A stretch of 64,000 bases of DNA, taken from Candidatus Colwellbacteria bacterium. Its GTDB lineage: Bacteria > Patescibacteriota > Minisyncoccia > UBA6257 > Colwellbacteraceae. Both the position numbers and the translations under genes were made by a program. A model generated the notes under the pieces. That model worked only from the letters and a program-made list of their open reading frames with translations. It searched no databases and had not been told where the DNA came from. Positions 48,253 to 58,109 of this stretch are shown here, one piece after another. Each line of letters opens with the position of its first letter. The first letter of the stretch is position 1. Where the stretch lies: NCBI GenBank assembly GCA_028710275.1, contig JAQTUL010000004.1, forward strand, positions 11,646 to 75,645. Direction: 5' to 3'.

Positions 48253-48681
48253 ATGCCGCCAAAGAAAGTCAATTCGTGCAAGCAGTATCTGGAGAAATCC
48301 GGTTTTACTGTCGCTGGAAAGTTCTCCAAGAAATCCCGCAAGTCTCGCAAGAGCCGTTCTCGCAAGAGCCGCAAGTCTCGTAAGAGCCGTTCTCGCAAGG
48401 GACGCAAGTCGCGTAAGAGCCGCAAGTCGCGTAAGAGCCGCAAGTCGCGTAAGAGCCGCAAGAGCCGTTCTCGCAAGTCTCGTAAGAGCCGCAAGTCTCG
48501 TAAGAGCCGCAAGAGCCGTTCTCGCAAGTCTCGTAAGAGCCGCAAGTCTCGTAAGAGCCGCAAGTCTCGTAAGAGCCGCAAGTCTCGTAAGAGCCGCAAG
48601 TCTCGTAAGAGCCGTAAGTCTCGCAAGTCTCGTTCTCGCAAGGGCCGTAAGGGAAAGAAGGCTGCCACGGATGAAGAGTAA
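48253..48681 (+). CDS. ultra-basic KSR/SRK-repeat protein (protamine/linker-histone-like candidate)
   Basis: 'MPPKK...' followed by about 25 tandem (KSRKSR/SRKSRK) units encoded by an 18-nt tandem repeat. Strand chosen by start context and composition. Confidence 0.5.
   Translation: MPPKKVNSCKQYLEKSGFTVAGKFSKKSRKSRKSRSRKSRKSRKSRSRKGRKSRKSRKSRKSRKSRKSRKSRSRKSRKSRKSRKSRKSRSRKSRKSRKSRKSRKSRKSRKSRKSRKSRKSRKSRKSRSRKGRKGKKAATDEE
48330..48650 (+). repeat. 18-nt tandem repeat (cgcaagtctcgtaagagc variants)
   Basis: Direct repeats seen in the sequence, giving long ORFs in three frames on both strands. Confidence 0.85.
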
Positions 48682-48960
48682 ATTGATTATTCAACCATAT
48701 ATTTTATGTTCTGTGAACATAAAATACTATTTCCTTTTACAATCTAATAACTCGTCTATCGTCCGAAATTTAAACTCTATTCGAACAGGAAGATATGACG
48801 CGAATAAAGGAAGCATAGACTCCAACATATCTGGATGTATGGGATTGTTAAACCAGAACGCAAGTGGTATTGATATAGTCGGTTGTATAATGTGATTCTT
48901 TTCCATTTTTATAACTTCCTGAAGTTATAAAATATGATACTCTTTTTAGAGGTATTATAC

Positions 48961-49536
48961 TCATGCATGATATGAACTTTTACCCGAAAAATAAGGTGGA
49001 TGAGTAGGTGGTAACGATCCCCACCACAAAGAAGATGTAGACTGAACTGGAATTATAGGTTCGATCAATTCATATTTAGAATTGTATCTGAAATCGAAGA
49101 TGTATTCGTCACTCTTTTCGGAGAGTGAATGACCAAATACCGTTTTAGTTACAGAAGAATTTTTTGTTGAATATCTTACAACTCCCGTAAAAAACACAGG
49201 AACGTACGTGTACATACGAAATTGCATACCGTTGGAAACTTCTGGTTCGCAGTTTAACCCTGTAATAGACTGAGACAAAATAGAGATCACCTCGTTATAA
49301 TGACTTGAGAAATTTGATTCTGTTGATTTTTTTGGAATCAAAACAGCTTTACTGATAAGAATATCTAATTGATACACAGATCCTGTCTTGTCATCGATAA
49401 GTGTTCTATTTCCCGGGAAATAGATGGGTGGGGTGTAAGATATAGATTTCATTATCTTATCCCATTTACTATTATGTAATACAGTAGAATTTGTCACAAC
49501 TGTCAAATTATCAGCTATGGTGGTATTCAAATTCAT
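48961..49536 (-). CDS. hypothetical protein
   Basis: 191-aa ORF. Confidence 0.4.
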   Translation of the reverse strand: MNLNTTIADNLTVVTNSTVLHNSKWDKIMKSISYTPPIYFPGNRTLIDDKTGSVYQLDILISKAVLIPKKSTESNFSSHYNEVISILSQSITGLNCEPEVSNGMQFRMYTYVPVFFTGVVRYSTKNSSVTKTVFGHSLSEKSDEYIFDFRYNSKYELIEPIIPVQSTSSLWWGSLPPTHPPYFSGKSSYHA

Positions 49537-49556
49537 TGGTCAATCTATACATTATT

Positions 49557-49811
49557 CTACTTCTTTAAAAGTTGTTTACTCTCATCACATGACAACAAAT
49601 TGTGAACAAACCAACCTGTAATATAGTATTTCATATCTTTCTCTTCCAGTAGAGATTTAGACGTTCTCCCCGTTTTTTCCAATTCGTTCAATAAAAAGAG
49701 ATCGGCCAACGATTTTGTCATCTCATCTGACAGATTATCGTTTCTGACTCTATTAGTCAATTCGGAAAGAAATTCTTCCAATTTTAGACTCATCGCAAAT
49801 ATATGTAACAA
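49557..49811 (-). CDS. hypothetical small protein
   Basis: 84-aa ORF. Confidence 0.3.
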   Translation of the reverse strand: MLHIFAMSLKLEEFLSELTNRVRNDNLSDEMTKSLADLFLLNELEKTGRTSKSLLEEKDMKYYITGWFVHNLLSCDESKQLLKK

Positions 49812-49866
49812 AGATCGATTTAAGTGACAAAAAATTTAAATAAATTATCTTGTAAAGTATTAACCT

Positions 49867-50394
49867 ATGTCGCTAATCACCTCAAACGCAACGCTGTCTC
49901 AGTCGAATTTCAGTGTCCGCACTCCTATTCCTCCTTATGTACCCAATCGTTCTCCCCCTATGCACTCTGGTGTTGCTGTAAAGGATGATCTGGGTGCAAC
50001 CAGTACAGCTGTTCCAGCATCAGCTGTACTTGGACATACTATCGTAGTGTCTCCTACCACTGCGGGACAAGTCTACACTCTTCCTACGGCGGCATCTCTT
50101 CTGTATGAGTTTGGTCGTTCGATTGATACTGGAGTCCCGAAGACTGCTGTCGGAAATATGATTGTATTCAACGTCGTGAATCGCGGAACTCTTCCTGCTT
50201 ATATCGCGTGTAACCCGACCGGAGGCGATGGTACGGCTATCGTCGCTTACAATGGAGGTATCATAAACGCGACGGGACCTTCTTACACCGGAGCTGTTGT
50301 TCCCAAGGGAAAGATCACTCCAGTGTATATGGAGTGGCTACAAGTGGCTGGAGGAGTAAATGGATCTACGGGTCAGTACACTCTTTACAATTAA
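49867..50394 (+). CDS. hypothetical G/T/A-rich protein (possible structural protein)
   Basis: 175-aa ORF, locally GC-richer, with a hairpin downstream near 50412..50440. Confidence 0.4.
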   Translation: MSLITSNATLSQSNFSVRTPIPPYVPNRSPPMHSGVAVKDDLGATSTAVPASAVLGHTIVVSPTTAGQVYTLPTAASLLYEFGRSIDTGVPKTAVGNMIVFNVVNRGTLPAYIACNPTGGDGTAIVAYNGGIINATGPSYTGAVVPKGKITPVYMEWLQVAGGVNGSTGQYTLYN

Positions 50395-50573
50395 AGACTC
50401 TTACAACCAAATTTTATTGTAACAAACAATAAAATTTAATTTAGCTGTACACAAGATTATTCTTTGATCGTATAATCCATTCGTGATTGTCTTATCACTC
50501 CATCAAAATTGATAATGATACATGACATTCAAGAATTAACACTCAATAAAGTATTTAGCTTATATATCAAACG

Positions 50574-51419
50574 ATGATGATCACCCCACAAGCAGATTCT
50601 GAAGAGTTGTCTGATGATATCTTTGACCATGAAATAATATATTGTGTTACCAAAGTGACAATAGAGCCATTTGTCACTTGTATTTTTGACAAGGAGAAAT
50701 ATGAGGCGGGTAATGATTATGAGATATCATATATTGAATCGACAACTAATAGATATCTCTGTATAGCGTTCGGAGAGGAATTGACACCGAGCCAATCAGA
50801 AAATATTATTGTTAAAGGAACTCATCACTTAATGGGAACTGTATTAATTGCTGGGCATAAAGGTGGATCCATCCACCTTAACAATCCATTAACTAACATC
50901 TCAACAATGTATTACTCGTATATCAATTCATTGAATGAATGTCCTTCGTTTAAGAAAGTCGATCTTATTCCTGAAAATGAGAGACATTCAACCGAATCTC
51001 AAAAAGATAAAATCTATATATCTAGCACGGATACCATTTTTCATAAATTATCTGAGAGTACAATCGAAAGAGTACCGATAGGAAGTTGGTTTTCAACACG
51101 TGAGACCTATCCTAAACGGGTTCTGATAAAGGGATGGGGTGTGCAAGATGTTAAAACAAAAATAGACGATCATGAATTTATGACAAGTTCTCTTCCAGCA
51201 ATCAATGAGGATGAAGAGATCGTGGAGGTTATTGTTCACAGTACAACACCGATACCGATAGTTGAACCGCCTCCAGATGAACAAGAGGATCCAGTACATT
51301 GTTGTTGTGTCAAATATTTTCTTATTCCTCTGTACAATTGGTTTGTAACTAAATTAAAATCTCTGAAATCGAAACCCCATCAATCAGACCAATCGTTTAT
51401 CGATATCGAACTACCATGA
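50574..51419 (+). CDS. hypothetical protein
   Basis: 281-aa ORF. Confidence 0.45.
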   Translation: MMITPQADSEELSDDIFDHEIIYCVTKVTIEPFVTCIFDKEKYEAGNDYEISYIESTTNRYLCIAFGEELTPSQSENIIVKGTHHLMGTVLIAGHKGGSIHLNNPLTNISTMYYSYINSLNECPSFKKVDLIPENERHSTESQKDKIYISSTDTIFHKLSESTIERVPIGSWFSTRETYPKRVLIKGWGVQDVKTKIDDHEFMTSSLPAINEDEEIVEVIVHSTTPIPIVEPPPDEQEDPVHCCCVKYFLIPLYNWFVTKLKSLKSKPHQSDQSFIDIELP

Positions 51420-51499
51420 AAGATATAACGATCACTTTATATTAAAGACTGATATAAAGTGAACTTAAACACTCAAGAATATAGTTATAAGCCTCTAAC

Positions 51500-52852
51500 A
51501 TGTCGTGTATCGCTGATCTCGAACTCTTATCAGAGGAGAGTAGAAAGAAAATCTCTTCTGATTTGGAGGTATCACCTAAAGAGACTAGATACGGGAAAAA
51601 AGAGTCTGTTCTCTGTTTTGATACATTTATTACCGATGAAGGGACTGACGATGAAAAAAACTACGTGAGTCTTCCATTTGCGTATGTATATCAGAATATG
51701 AAAAAGGAGTTAAATATTCTGTTTCCAAACGGAGACATAGTATATCCGCGAGCTTCGGGATACACATTCGATGGGTCGTTGAATTCTATTCAGACCGAAG
51801 TTAAACCGGAGGCTTACGAGATTCTGAATAGAACGAGAAGTATTTTAATCTCTCTTGCATGCGGAATGGGTAAAACTATATTCTCCATCTTTTTATGTTC
51901 TATACTTCAGTATAAGGCATGCGTCTTGTGTCACAGAATCAATATCATCGATCAATGGGAATATTCAATTCATAAAGTCTGTCCTGAAGCGTTAGTACAA
52001 GTTCTTCAGGGAAATACACCAATAGATCCTGAAGCTGATTTTTATATTATGAACGTCTCCAATGTCAGTAAGAGAGGTATCGACGATTTCAATCACGTAG
52101 GAATTCTAATTGTCGATGAAGCACATACTATCTGTACAGAGAATATGTCTAGAGCACTATTCTATTTCAAACCTAAGTATCTTATCGGTCTTACAGCTAC
52201 ACCAGATAGAACTGATGGAATGGGAAAGATTTTAGATCTGTACTTTGGAACAGAGAGAATTGTACGTAAACTTCGACGTCCGTTCAACGCGTATGTATAT
52301 AACACAGGATTTAAACCCAAATCGCAACAGAATGCTCAGGGAAGATTAGATTGGAATTCTGTACTCGAAAGTCAAGCTCTCGAAGAGAAACGCAACTGTG
52401 AGATCGTCGATACCATTCGATACTTTAAAACGAGAACATTTCTCATTCTCTGCAAACGTATTGATCAGACAAATATTCTTCTCAAGAAACTAAAAGCTGC
52501 GGGGGAGGATGCGGATGTCTTTGTTGGGACAAAAAGAACATTCAATTATGAAAGTCGAATCCTTCTCTCTACTTACTCTAAAACCGGTGTCGGATTTGAT
52601 CATCCAAGACTAGACGCCCTTATTGTCGCGAGTGATGTTGAAGAGGGTATTGAACAGTATGTGGGACGCGTGTTTCGTCGAGAAGATGTAGTACCTATTG
52701 TTTTTGATTTTCTGGATAAGATGCATACTCTATTCAAACATTTTCTCACGCGACGTTCACTATATCTCTCTATCGGAGGGGATGTGAAACAGTTTGATGA
52801 GTCGTTTCCGGAGTTTGTTAAATGGCGAAAGATGTATAGAGTTGAAGAATAA
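51500..52852 (+). CDS. superfamily 2 DEAH-box helicase
   Basis: 'SLACGMGKT' (Walker A), 'ILIVDEAH' (DEAH) and 'IGLTATPDR' (motif III). A hairpin lies downstream at 52863..52890. Confidence 0.7.
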   Translation: MSCIADLELLSEESRKKISSDLEVSPKETRYGKKESVLCFDTFITDEGTDDEKNYVSLPFAYVYQNMKKELNILFPNGDIVYPRASGYTFDGSLNSIQTEVKPEAYEILNRTRSILISLACGMGKTIFSIFLCSILQYKACVLCHRINIIDQWEYSIHKVCPEALVQVLQGNTPIDPEADFYIMNVSNVSKRGIDDFNHVGILIVDEAHTICTENMSRALFYFKPKYLIGLTATPDRTDGMGKILDLYFGTERIVRKLRRPFNAYVYNTGFKPKSQQNAQGRLDWNSVLESQALEEKRNCEIVDTIRYFKTRTFLILCKRIDQTNILLKKLKAAGEDADVFVGTKRTFNYESRILLSTYSKTGVGFDHPRLDALIVASDVEEGIEQYVGRVFRREDVVPIVFDFLDKMHTLFKHFLTRRSLYLSIGGDVKQFDESFPEFVKWRKMYRVEE

Positions 52853-52952
52853 ATAACCCATAAAATAGATTCTAAAATTAGAATCTATTTTGATAAATAA
52901 AACTGAAATTTGAGAATAAGATAATTACTATCGTAACATACTATCACACATC

Positions 52953-54785
52953 ATGTCTACGAGTAAAAAACATATTGTCGGGATGGACATCGGAACAACT
53001 TATTCTTGCGTAGCTATTATGCGTAACGGAAAAGTTGAGGTGATCAGTAATGATCAGGGGAATCGTACCACCCCTTCGTATGTGGCATTTGCGGATGACG
53101 AACGACTGATCGGGGAATCCGCAAAGAATCAGGCTGCAATGAACCCCGCGAACACAGTATTCGATGCTAAGCGTTTGATCGGAAGAAATTTTGGAGATCG
53201 TACAGTTCAAGAGGATATGAAGCTCTGGCCTTTTAATGTTATCGATATCGGAGGAAAGCCTGTGATCGAGGTTCAGTATAAGGGAGAGAAGAAGAGATTC
53301 CGTCCCGAGGAGATTTCGTCGATGGTCATCACAAAAATGAGAGAGACGGCCGAGGCGTTTATCGGTGAACCGGTCAACAACGCGGTTATCACGGTTCCCG
53401 CATATTTTAACGATGCTCAAAGAAATGCTACAAAGGATGCGGGAACTATTGCAGGTCTAGTCGTGGATCGTATTATCAACGAGCCGACAGCCGCTGCTAT
53501 GGCGTACGGTTTCGACCATATTTCAAGTGGTGACGGAGAGAAGAATATTCTCGTTTTCGATCTCGGAGGAGGAACTTTTGACGTTTCCCTGTTGACTATC
53601 GAAGAAGGGGTCTTTGAAGTAAAAGCCACAGGAGGAGATGTCCATCTCGGTGGAGAGGATTTCGATAATCGAATGGTTAAGTTCTTTATCGACGAGTTTA
53701 AGAAGAAACATAAGAAGGATATCTCGTCGTCTGATCGAGCTCTACGTCGTCTACGCACAGCTTGCGAAAGAGCGAAGAGAACTCTCTCAGCTCAACTCAC
53801 AGCTGAGGTAGAGATTGATGCATTGTACGAGGGTATTGATTTCGTCTCAACAATTTCTCGAGCTCGTTTCGAAGATCTCTGTGCTGATTATTTCAATTCC
53901 ACAATGAAACCAGTGGAGAGTGTGTTGGCTGATGCTAAGATGTCAAAAGGTGATATTCATGAAATTGTTCTGGTTGGTGGTTCAACTCGTATTCCCAAGG
54001 TTAGAGAACTTCTCTCAAAGTTCTTCAACGGAAAGGAACTCTCTACCAAGATCAATCCTGATGAAGCAGTTGCTTATGGAGCAGCTATTCAGGCATCTAT
54101 TCTTAACGGAGATAAACATCAACAGGCTGGACTTGTTATTGACGTGACACCTCTTTCTCTCGGAATCGAAACCGCAGGAACTGATATGACAAATATTATC
54201 GAACGAGGGTCAACTATTCCATGTAAGAAGTCTAAGAAGTTCACAACTCATTCTCATAACCAATCAATGGTTAAGATTGTTATCTTTGAGGGAGAACGTC
54301 CTCTTACAAAGGATAATAATAGGATCGGACAGTTTGAGCTATCGGGTATTCCACCGGCTCAACCAGGTGTTCCGAAGATTGAAGTCGTGTTTGATATTGA
54401 CGCCAACGGAATTCTCGAGGTTTCAGCAACGGAGGAAACTGGAGGAAAGACGAACAAGATCAAAATTACGAACGATTCAGGACGTCTCACAAAAGCTCAG
54501 ATCGATCAAATGATTAAGGATGCTGAGATATTCAGAGATGAGGATAAGAAGTCTGTTGAGACAAGTACAGCTCGTAATCGTCTACAAACATATATATCAT
54601 CTCTGGAACCAGATGCAGAGACAAAGGGATATAAATCGAATCTTGACGAGTGTATCGAGTGGATGAAGAGTGAGAGAAGTGCTCAGGAGTACACTGATAA
54701 GTTTAACGAACTCTCAAGTACAGTATCCGGAAGCTCTTCAGAAGATCAGTCACAAGATGGTCCTCGAGTTGAGGATATTGATTGA
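52953..54785 (+). CDS. HSP70: Hsp70/DnaK-type molecular chaperone
   Basis: '[13 protein letters not shown]', '[10 protein letters not shown]', '[13 protein letters not shown]' and '[10 protein letters not shown]' are canonical Hsp70 motifs across 610 aa. Confidence 0.9.
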   Translation: MSTSKKHIVGMDIGTTYSCVAIMRNGKVEVISNDQGNRTTPSYVAFADDERLIGESAKNQAAMNPANTVFDAKRLIGRNFGDRTVQEDMKLWPFNVIDIGGKPVIEVQYKGEKKRFRPEEISSMVITKMRETAEAFIGEPVNNAVITVPAYFNDAQRNATKDAGTIAGLVVDRIINEPTAAAMAYGFDHISSGDGEKNILVFDLGGGTFDVSLLTIEEGVFEVKATGGDVHLGGEDFDNRMVKFFIDEFKKKHKKDISSSDRALRRLRTACERAKRTLSAQLTAEVEIDALYEGIDFVSTISRARFEDLCADYFNSTMKPVESVLADAKMSKGDIHEIVLVGGSTRIPKVRELLSKFFNGKELSTKINPDEAVAYGAAIQASILNGDKHQQAGLVIDVTPLSLGIETAGTDMTNIIERGSTIPCKKSKKFTTHSHNQSMVKIVIFEGERPLTKDNNRIGQFELSGIPPAQPGVPKIEVVFDIDANGILEVSATEETGGKTNKIKITNDSGRLTKAQIDQMIKDAEIFRDEDKKSVETSTARNRLQTYISSLEPDAETKGYKSNLDECIEWMKSERSAQEYTDKFNELSSTVSGSSSEDQSQDGPRVEDID

Positions 54786-54851
54786 AAAGTGAATTTTAAG
54801 AATATAAAGTGGTTATAGATCACTTCTGTTTTACCACATTACAATTACCAA

Positions 54852-55172
54852 ATGTCTGATTACGAAGATGAAGATGATTATTCCTCGATGGAAACAGATG
54901 AGTTTGTATACTCTGACGTCGAAGAGTCGGTCGTGTCACATCTCTCTGTAACTATTAAGAGAAATCAGACAACAAGGGATATTCCAGTCTACATTAAATA
55001 CTACGACCGTAGTGATGCGGTTCAAGCTGAACTTGATGGATACCGATACAATATGTATCTTATCGCGAATCACATAGACCGTCTATATCCCGGATGGTCG
55101 ATCTTCAGAGTTCAATCGGAGGGTTATTCTGATAATTCATATTTTGATCTGGACGCATCTGAAAATGAGTAA
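54852..55172 (+). CDS. hypothetical acidic protein
   Basis: 106-aa ORF. Confidence 0.35.
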   Translation: MSDYEDEDDYSSMETDEFVYSDVEESVVSHLSVTIKRNQTTRDIPVYIKYYDRSDAVQAELDGYRYNMYLIANHIDRLYPGWSIFRVQSEGYSDNSYFDLDASENE

Positions 55173-55274
55173 GTATACATGTTTTTGAATATAATATTCA
55201 AAAACAAGATCTTTTAAAAGTGATTTAAATATTATCGATGCTAGAGATAACACAAACCTATCGGTTACCCCCAG

Positions 55275-56379
55275 ATGTCTGCTCCTCCATCACACGAATC
55301 TCTACTCCGTCTTTCCCAGTATCGGGGAGACGCAACCAGCTGTATCAGTCTTCTGATCGGATCAAACTCGGATCCATCATCCACTTCTAAACTCCTTATC
55401 AAGGAGAACAGTGCAGCATCCAACATCAAGGATCGCGCAAATCGTAAGCATGTGACTACCGCTCTCAAGTCTTGTTCTGAAAAGCTCAAGACGTACAAGA
55501 GCATTCCTGATAACGGACTCGCTATTTTCGCCGGGTATTGTGTTTGACGAAACTGGGAAAGAATCGTATATTTGTGAAGCGATCACACCACCTCTTCCTA
55601 TTAAGATGGGATTGTATCGATGTGATAAGATGTTCTACACGGATTATGTTCTCTCACTTTACAAAAACTTTGATAAGTTCGGATTAGTTCTTATTGCAGG
55701 TGAAGAGGTTACGATGTATTCTCATTGTGGAACAAAAATCGACTTGATCGATAAGTTCACCGTTCACCGTCAGAAGAGTATGAAGATGGGTGGTCAGTCT
55801 GCTCAGAGATTTGGTCGGATAAGAGAGAATCAGATTGGTGAGTATGTAAAGAAGATCTGTGAACGATTGGAGAAGAACTATGTCGACTTTACGGTTGGAA
55901 GTCCATCTGTAAAGGGGCTGTTTATCGGTGGAGTAGGAGATATTAAGGACAAGGTCATCATGTCTCCGTTTCTCAACTCTCTTGTCTCTTCAAACATCAG
56001 AAAGGTTATCACTATGTCGGAGATCAGTTTGGATAAACTCATGGAATCATGTGGAGATCTCACATCGTATTCAGAGGAGGAGAAGGAATCTTTAGACGAG
56101 ATTGAGCTCTACACATCACGAGACCTGTCGAGAACAGTCTACGGGTATGATCTACTCCTTAAGAATATCAAAGATGGTGGATTAGAGAAGATCTACATCC
56201 ACTCGATGGTTGAGGAGAAGTTCGGTAAGGAGAACTTCGAACTAGCCAAGACGATGGGATGTAAGATTATACTACTTCAAGGAAAGTCAGCCAAGTCTAT
56301 CTCATTTGTTAATTCGTATGGAGGTGTACTTGGAGTTACATGGTATGATATCGAAGACAATCTTGTCGATGAAGAGTAA
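55275..56379 (+). CDS. eRF1: eukaryotic peptide chain release factor subunit 1 (eRF1), needing a +1 ribosomal frameshift at 55542..55548 (GUU UGA C)
   Basis: Frame A (55275..55547) encodes eRF1 domain 1: 'TSCISLLIGS...AASNIKDRANR...NGLAIFAGYCV*'. The +1 frame (55540..56379) continues 'FDETGKESYICE...MGGQSAQRFGRIRE' with the GGQ motif. The junction matches eRF1 'VYCGTIVTDEGKEK'. Confidence 0.8.
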
Positions 56380-56504
56380 ACAATCTCTCCATCTAACGAA
56401 TAAGAAAATTTATAATGATTATCATTATAAATTCCACCAAAAAGTGATTTCCCCATTCAAGTAGTAGATTTCATCCACCGCATCCAAACACCTCATTTCA
56501 CCAA

Positions 56505-57098
56505 ATGACTATCGAAACTATCAAGGGTGTTGTCGGTGTTAAGATTGGTATGTTCGATCTGATTCGTCTCTTCATGAAGTATTCTCCTACAGGAGAGCTC
56601 ATCAAGAGCGTGAAGAAGACATGTAACGCGAGTGATGAGAAGCCGCTGGAAGAGATTCTGAACATGATGGAAGATGATGCTGAGTCTGATGAGTGGAGCG
56701 ACATTGTGGCTGATATCGGATCGGATATACAGTGGACACCTCAGTCGCATCAATGGGTTCCTCACACACTCCGTATCGAGAATACGGATCAAGACTATCA
56801 TTTCGAGCTGAGCGTCTACCGCATGTCACATGATCGTGACGAAAAGTGCGATTTTATCCTCGGAGAGGAGATCATGTCGATCAATACGCGCAACACACAC
56901 TTTGGATCTCTGGCTCAAGGCGATGATGATAAGAGATTGGAGCAGGTTCAGACGATGATGATCTCTTTTATGAAATCTACTGTTGATCACGACAAGATGA
57001 TGGATCGAAAGAAGGAGATGGATACGACTTTCACTGAACTAAAGGATAAGAAGATGGGTTATCATCTAGTTCAGAATGATTGCGATTGTTGTTCGTAA
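56505..57098 (+). CDS. hypothetical protein
   Basis: 197-aa ORF. Confidence 0.45.
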   Translation: MTIETIKGVVGVKIGMFDLIRLFMKYSPTGELIKSVKKTCNASDEKPLEEILNMMEDDAESDEWSDIVADIGSDIQWTPQSHQWVPHTLRIENTDQDYHFELSVYRMSHDRDEKCDFILGEEIMSINTRNTHFGSLAQGDDDKRLEQVQTMMISFMKSTVDHDKMMDRKKEMDTTFTELKDKKMGYHLVQNDCDCCS

Positions 57099-57198
57099 AC
57101 AGTCTATCGCTCAAAAGCTCCGGGTTGTATTCACCAACCTTGTTGTAACTTTTCAAGAATACTAATTTATAGAATCATTACTAAATATTAATTTAGTA

Positions 57199-57597
57199 AT
57201 GGAATCACCCAAAGAATATAGAGAGAGAATTGTTGGAGAGTTTGAGAAGAGTATCACGTCTGGTACCTCAGATATTGTGAAATGGCTTACAGATTCACTG
57301 GATAAGTGTGATCTGAGAGGAGAGATTACTGGTGAGATTGCAATCTCCAATATCGGAGAGTATCCGGAACAAACACTCTGGATGATGTACGCTATGAAGA
57401 GAATTTATGAGCAGAAAGGATGGGATGTGAGATTTATCTCGAGTAACAGCAATCCAGGAGACTCCACTTTTTATACTAGATGTAGAGATATTACGGATGC
57501 AGATATTCTGGATAGCACTTTTGATATCTATTTCTCTATTTCGGAACCACCAGTCGAACCAATCTCTAACGACCGAGAGCCGAAAAATGATTTGTGA
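57199..57597 (+). CDS. hypothetical protein
   Basis: 132-aa ORF. Confidence 0.4.
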   Translation: MESPKEYRERIVGEFEKSITSGTSDIVKWLTDSLDKCDLRGEITGEIAISNIGEYPEQTLWMMYAMKRIYEQKGWDVRFISSNSNPGDSTFYTRCRDITDADILDSTFDIYFSISEPPVEPISNDREPKNDL

Positions 57598-57606
57598 GGT
57601 TGAAAT

Positions 57607-58002
57607 ATGATTCGTATTACGAGAACGATAATGTTCGCTCAATTTACAACCTCCTCTTTCGAAAATATCTACGATGTTCTTCCTACATCTCTCGATGATG
57701 ATAAGATAAAACGTGTACGAGATTGTGTTTGTATATGGTTAGTAGTTTCAATTATATCAGCTGGACCTATTGCTGTTTCACTATACAGTATGTTCGTCAT
57801 CGATACTTTTCTATCGATTACAATCTTATCGATCCTGATTGTAATGTTTGGAACAATCTTTACATTTTCAGTGTATAATTTTGTCCTTACACAAAGATAT
57901 CTTCTTCAACTCTCAATTCTTAAGAGTCTTACCGAGGAGAAAGACTCTTTTCCAATGAGAAACACGGGGGTGACCGAACCCATTGGTGATGTTTCTCTCT
58001 AA
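57607..58002 (+). CDS. hypothetical membrane protein
   Basis: 131-aa ORF with 2-3 TM helices. Confidence 0.35.
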   Translation: MIRITRTIMFAQFTTSSFENIYDVLPTSLDDDKIKRVRDCVCIWLVVSIISAGPIAVSLYSMFVIDTFLSITILSILIVMFGTIFTFSVYNFVLTQRYLLQLSILKSLTEEKDSFPMRNTGVTEPIGDVSL

Positions 58003-58109
58003 AGCTTTGGTCCAATTGAATGGATTACTTAGTACTTTTAAAGGTATATGACGACTCAAGAATATTATTAACCTAGTTAATAATATTTATTCCTTATAAC
58101 AATACGCGG

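Noticed and set aside
48234-48694. Two minus-strand ORFs (48234..48668 and 48305..48694) through the KSR repeat array.
   Set aside because: Tandem 18-nt repeats keep all frames open. The + strand frame has a sensible start and a basic-protein composition, and the others are most likely artefacts. The coding strand is not experimentally certain.
55275-55547. Treating 55275..55547 and 55540..56379 as two separate genes.
   Set aside because: Together they reconstitute a collinear eRF1 (domain 1 then the GGQ domain) across a GUU UGA C shift site. The split is better explained by programmed +1 frameshifting.
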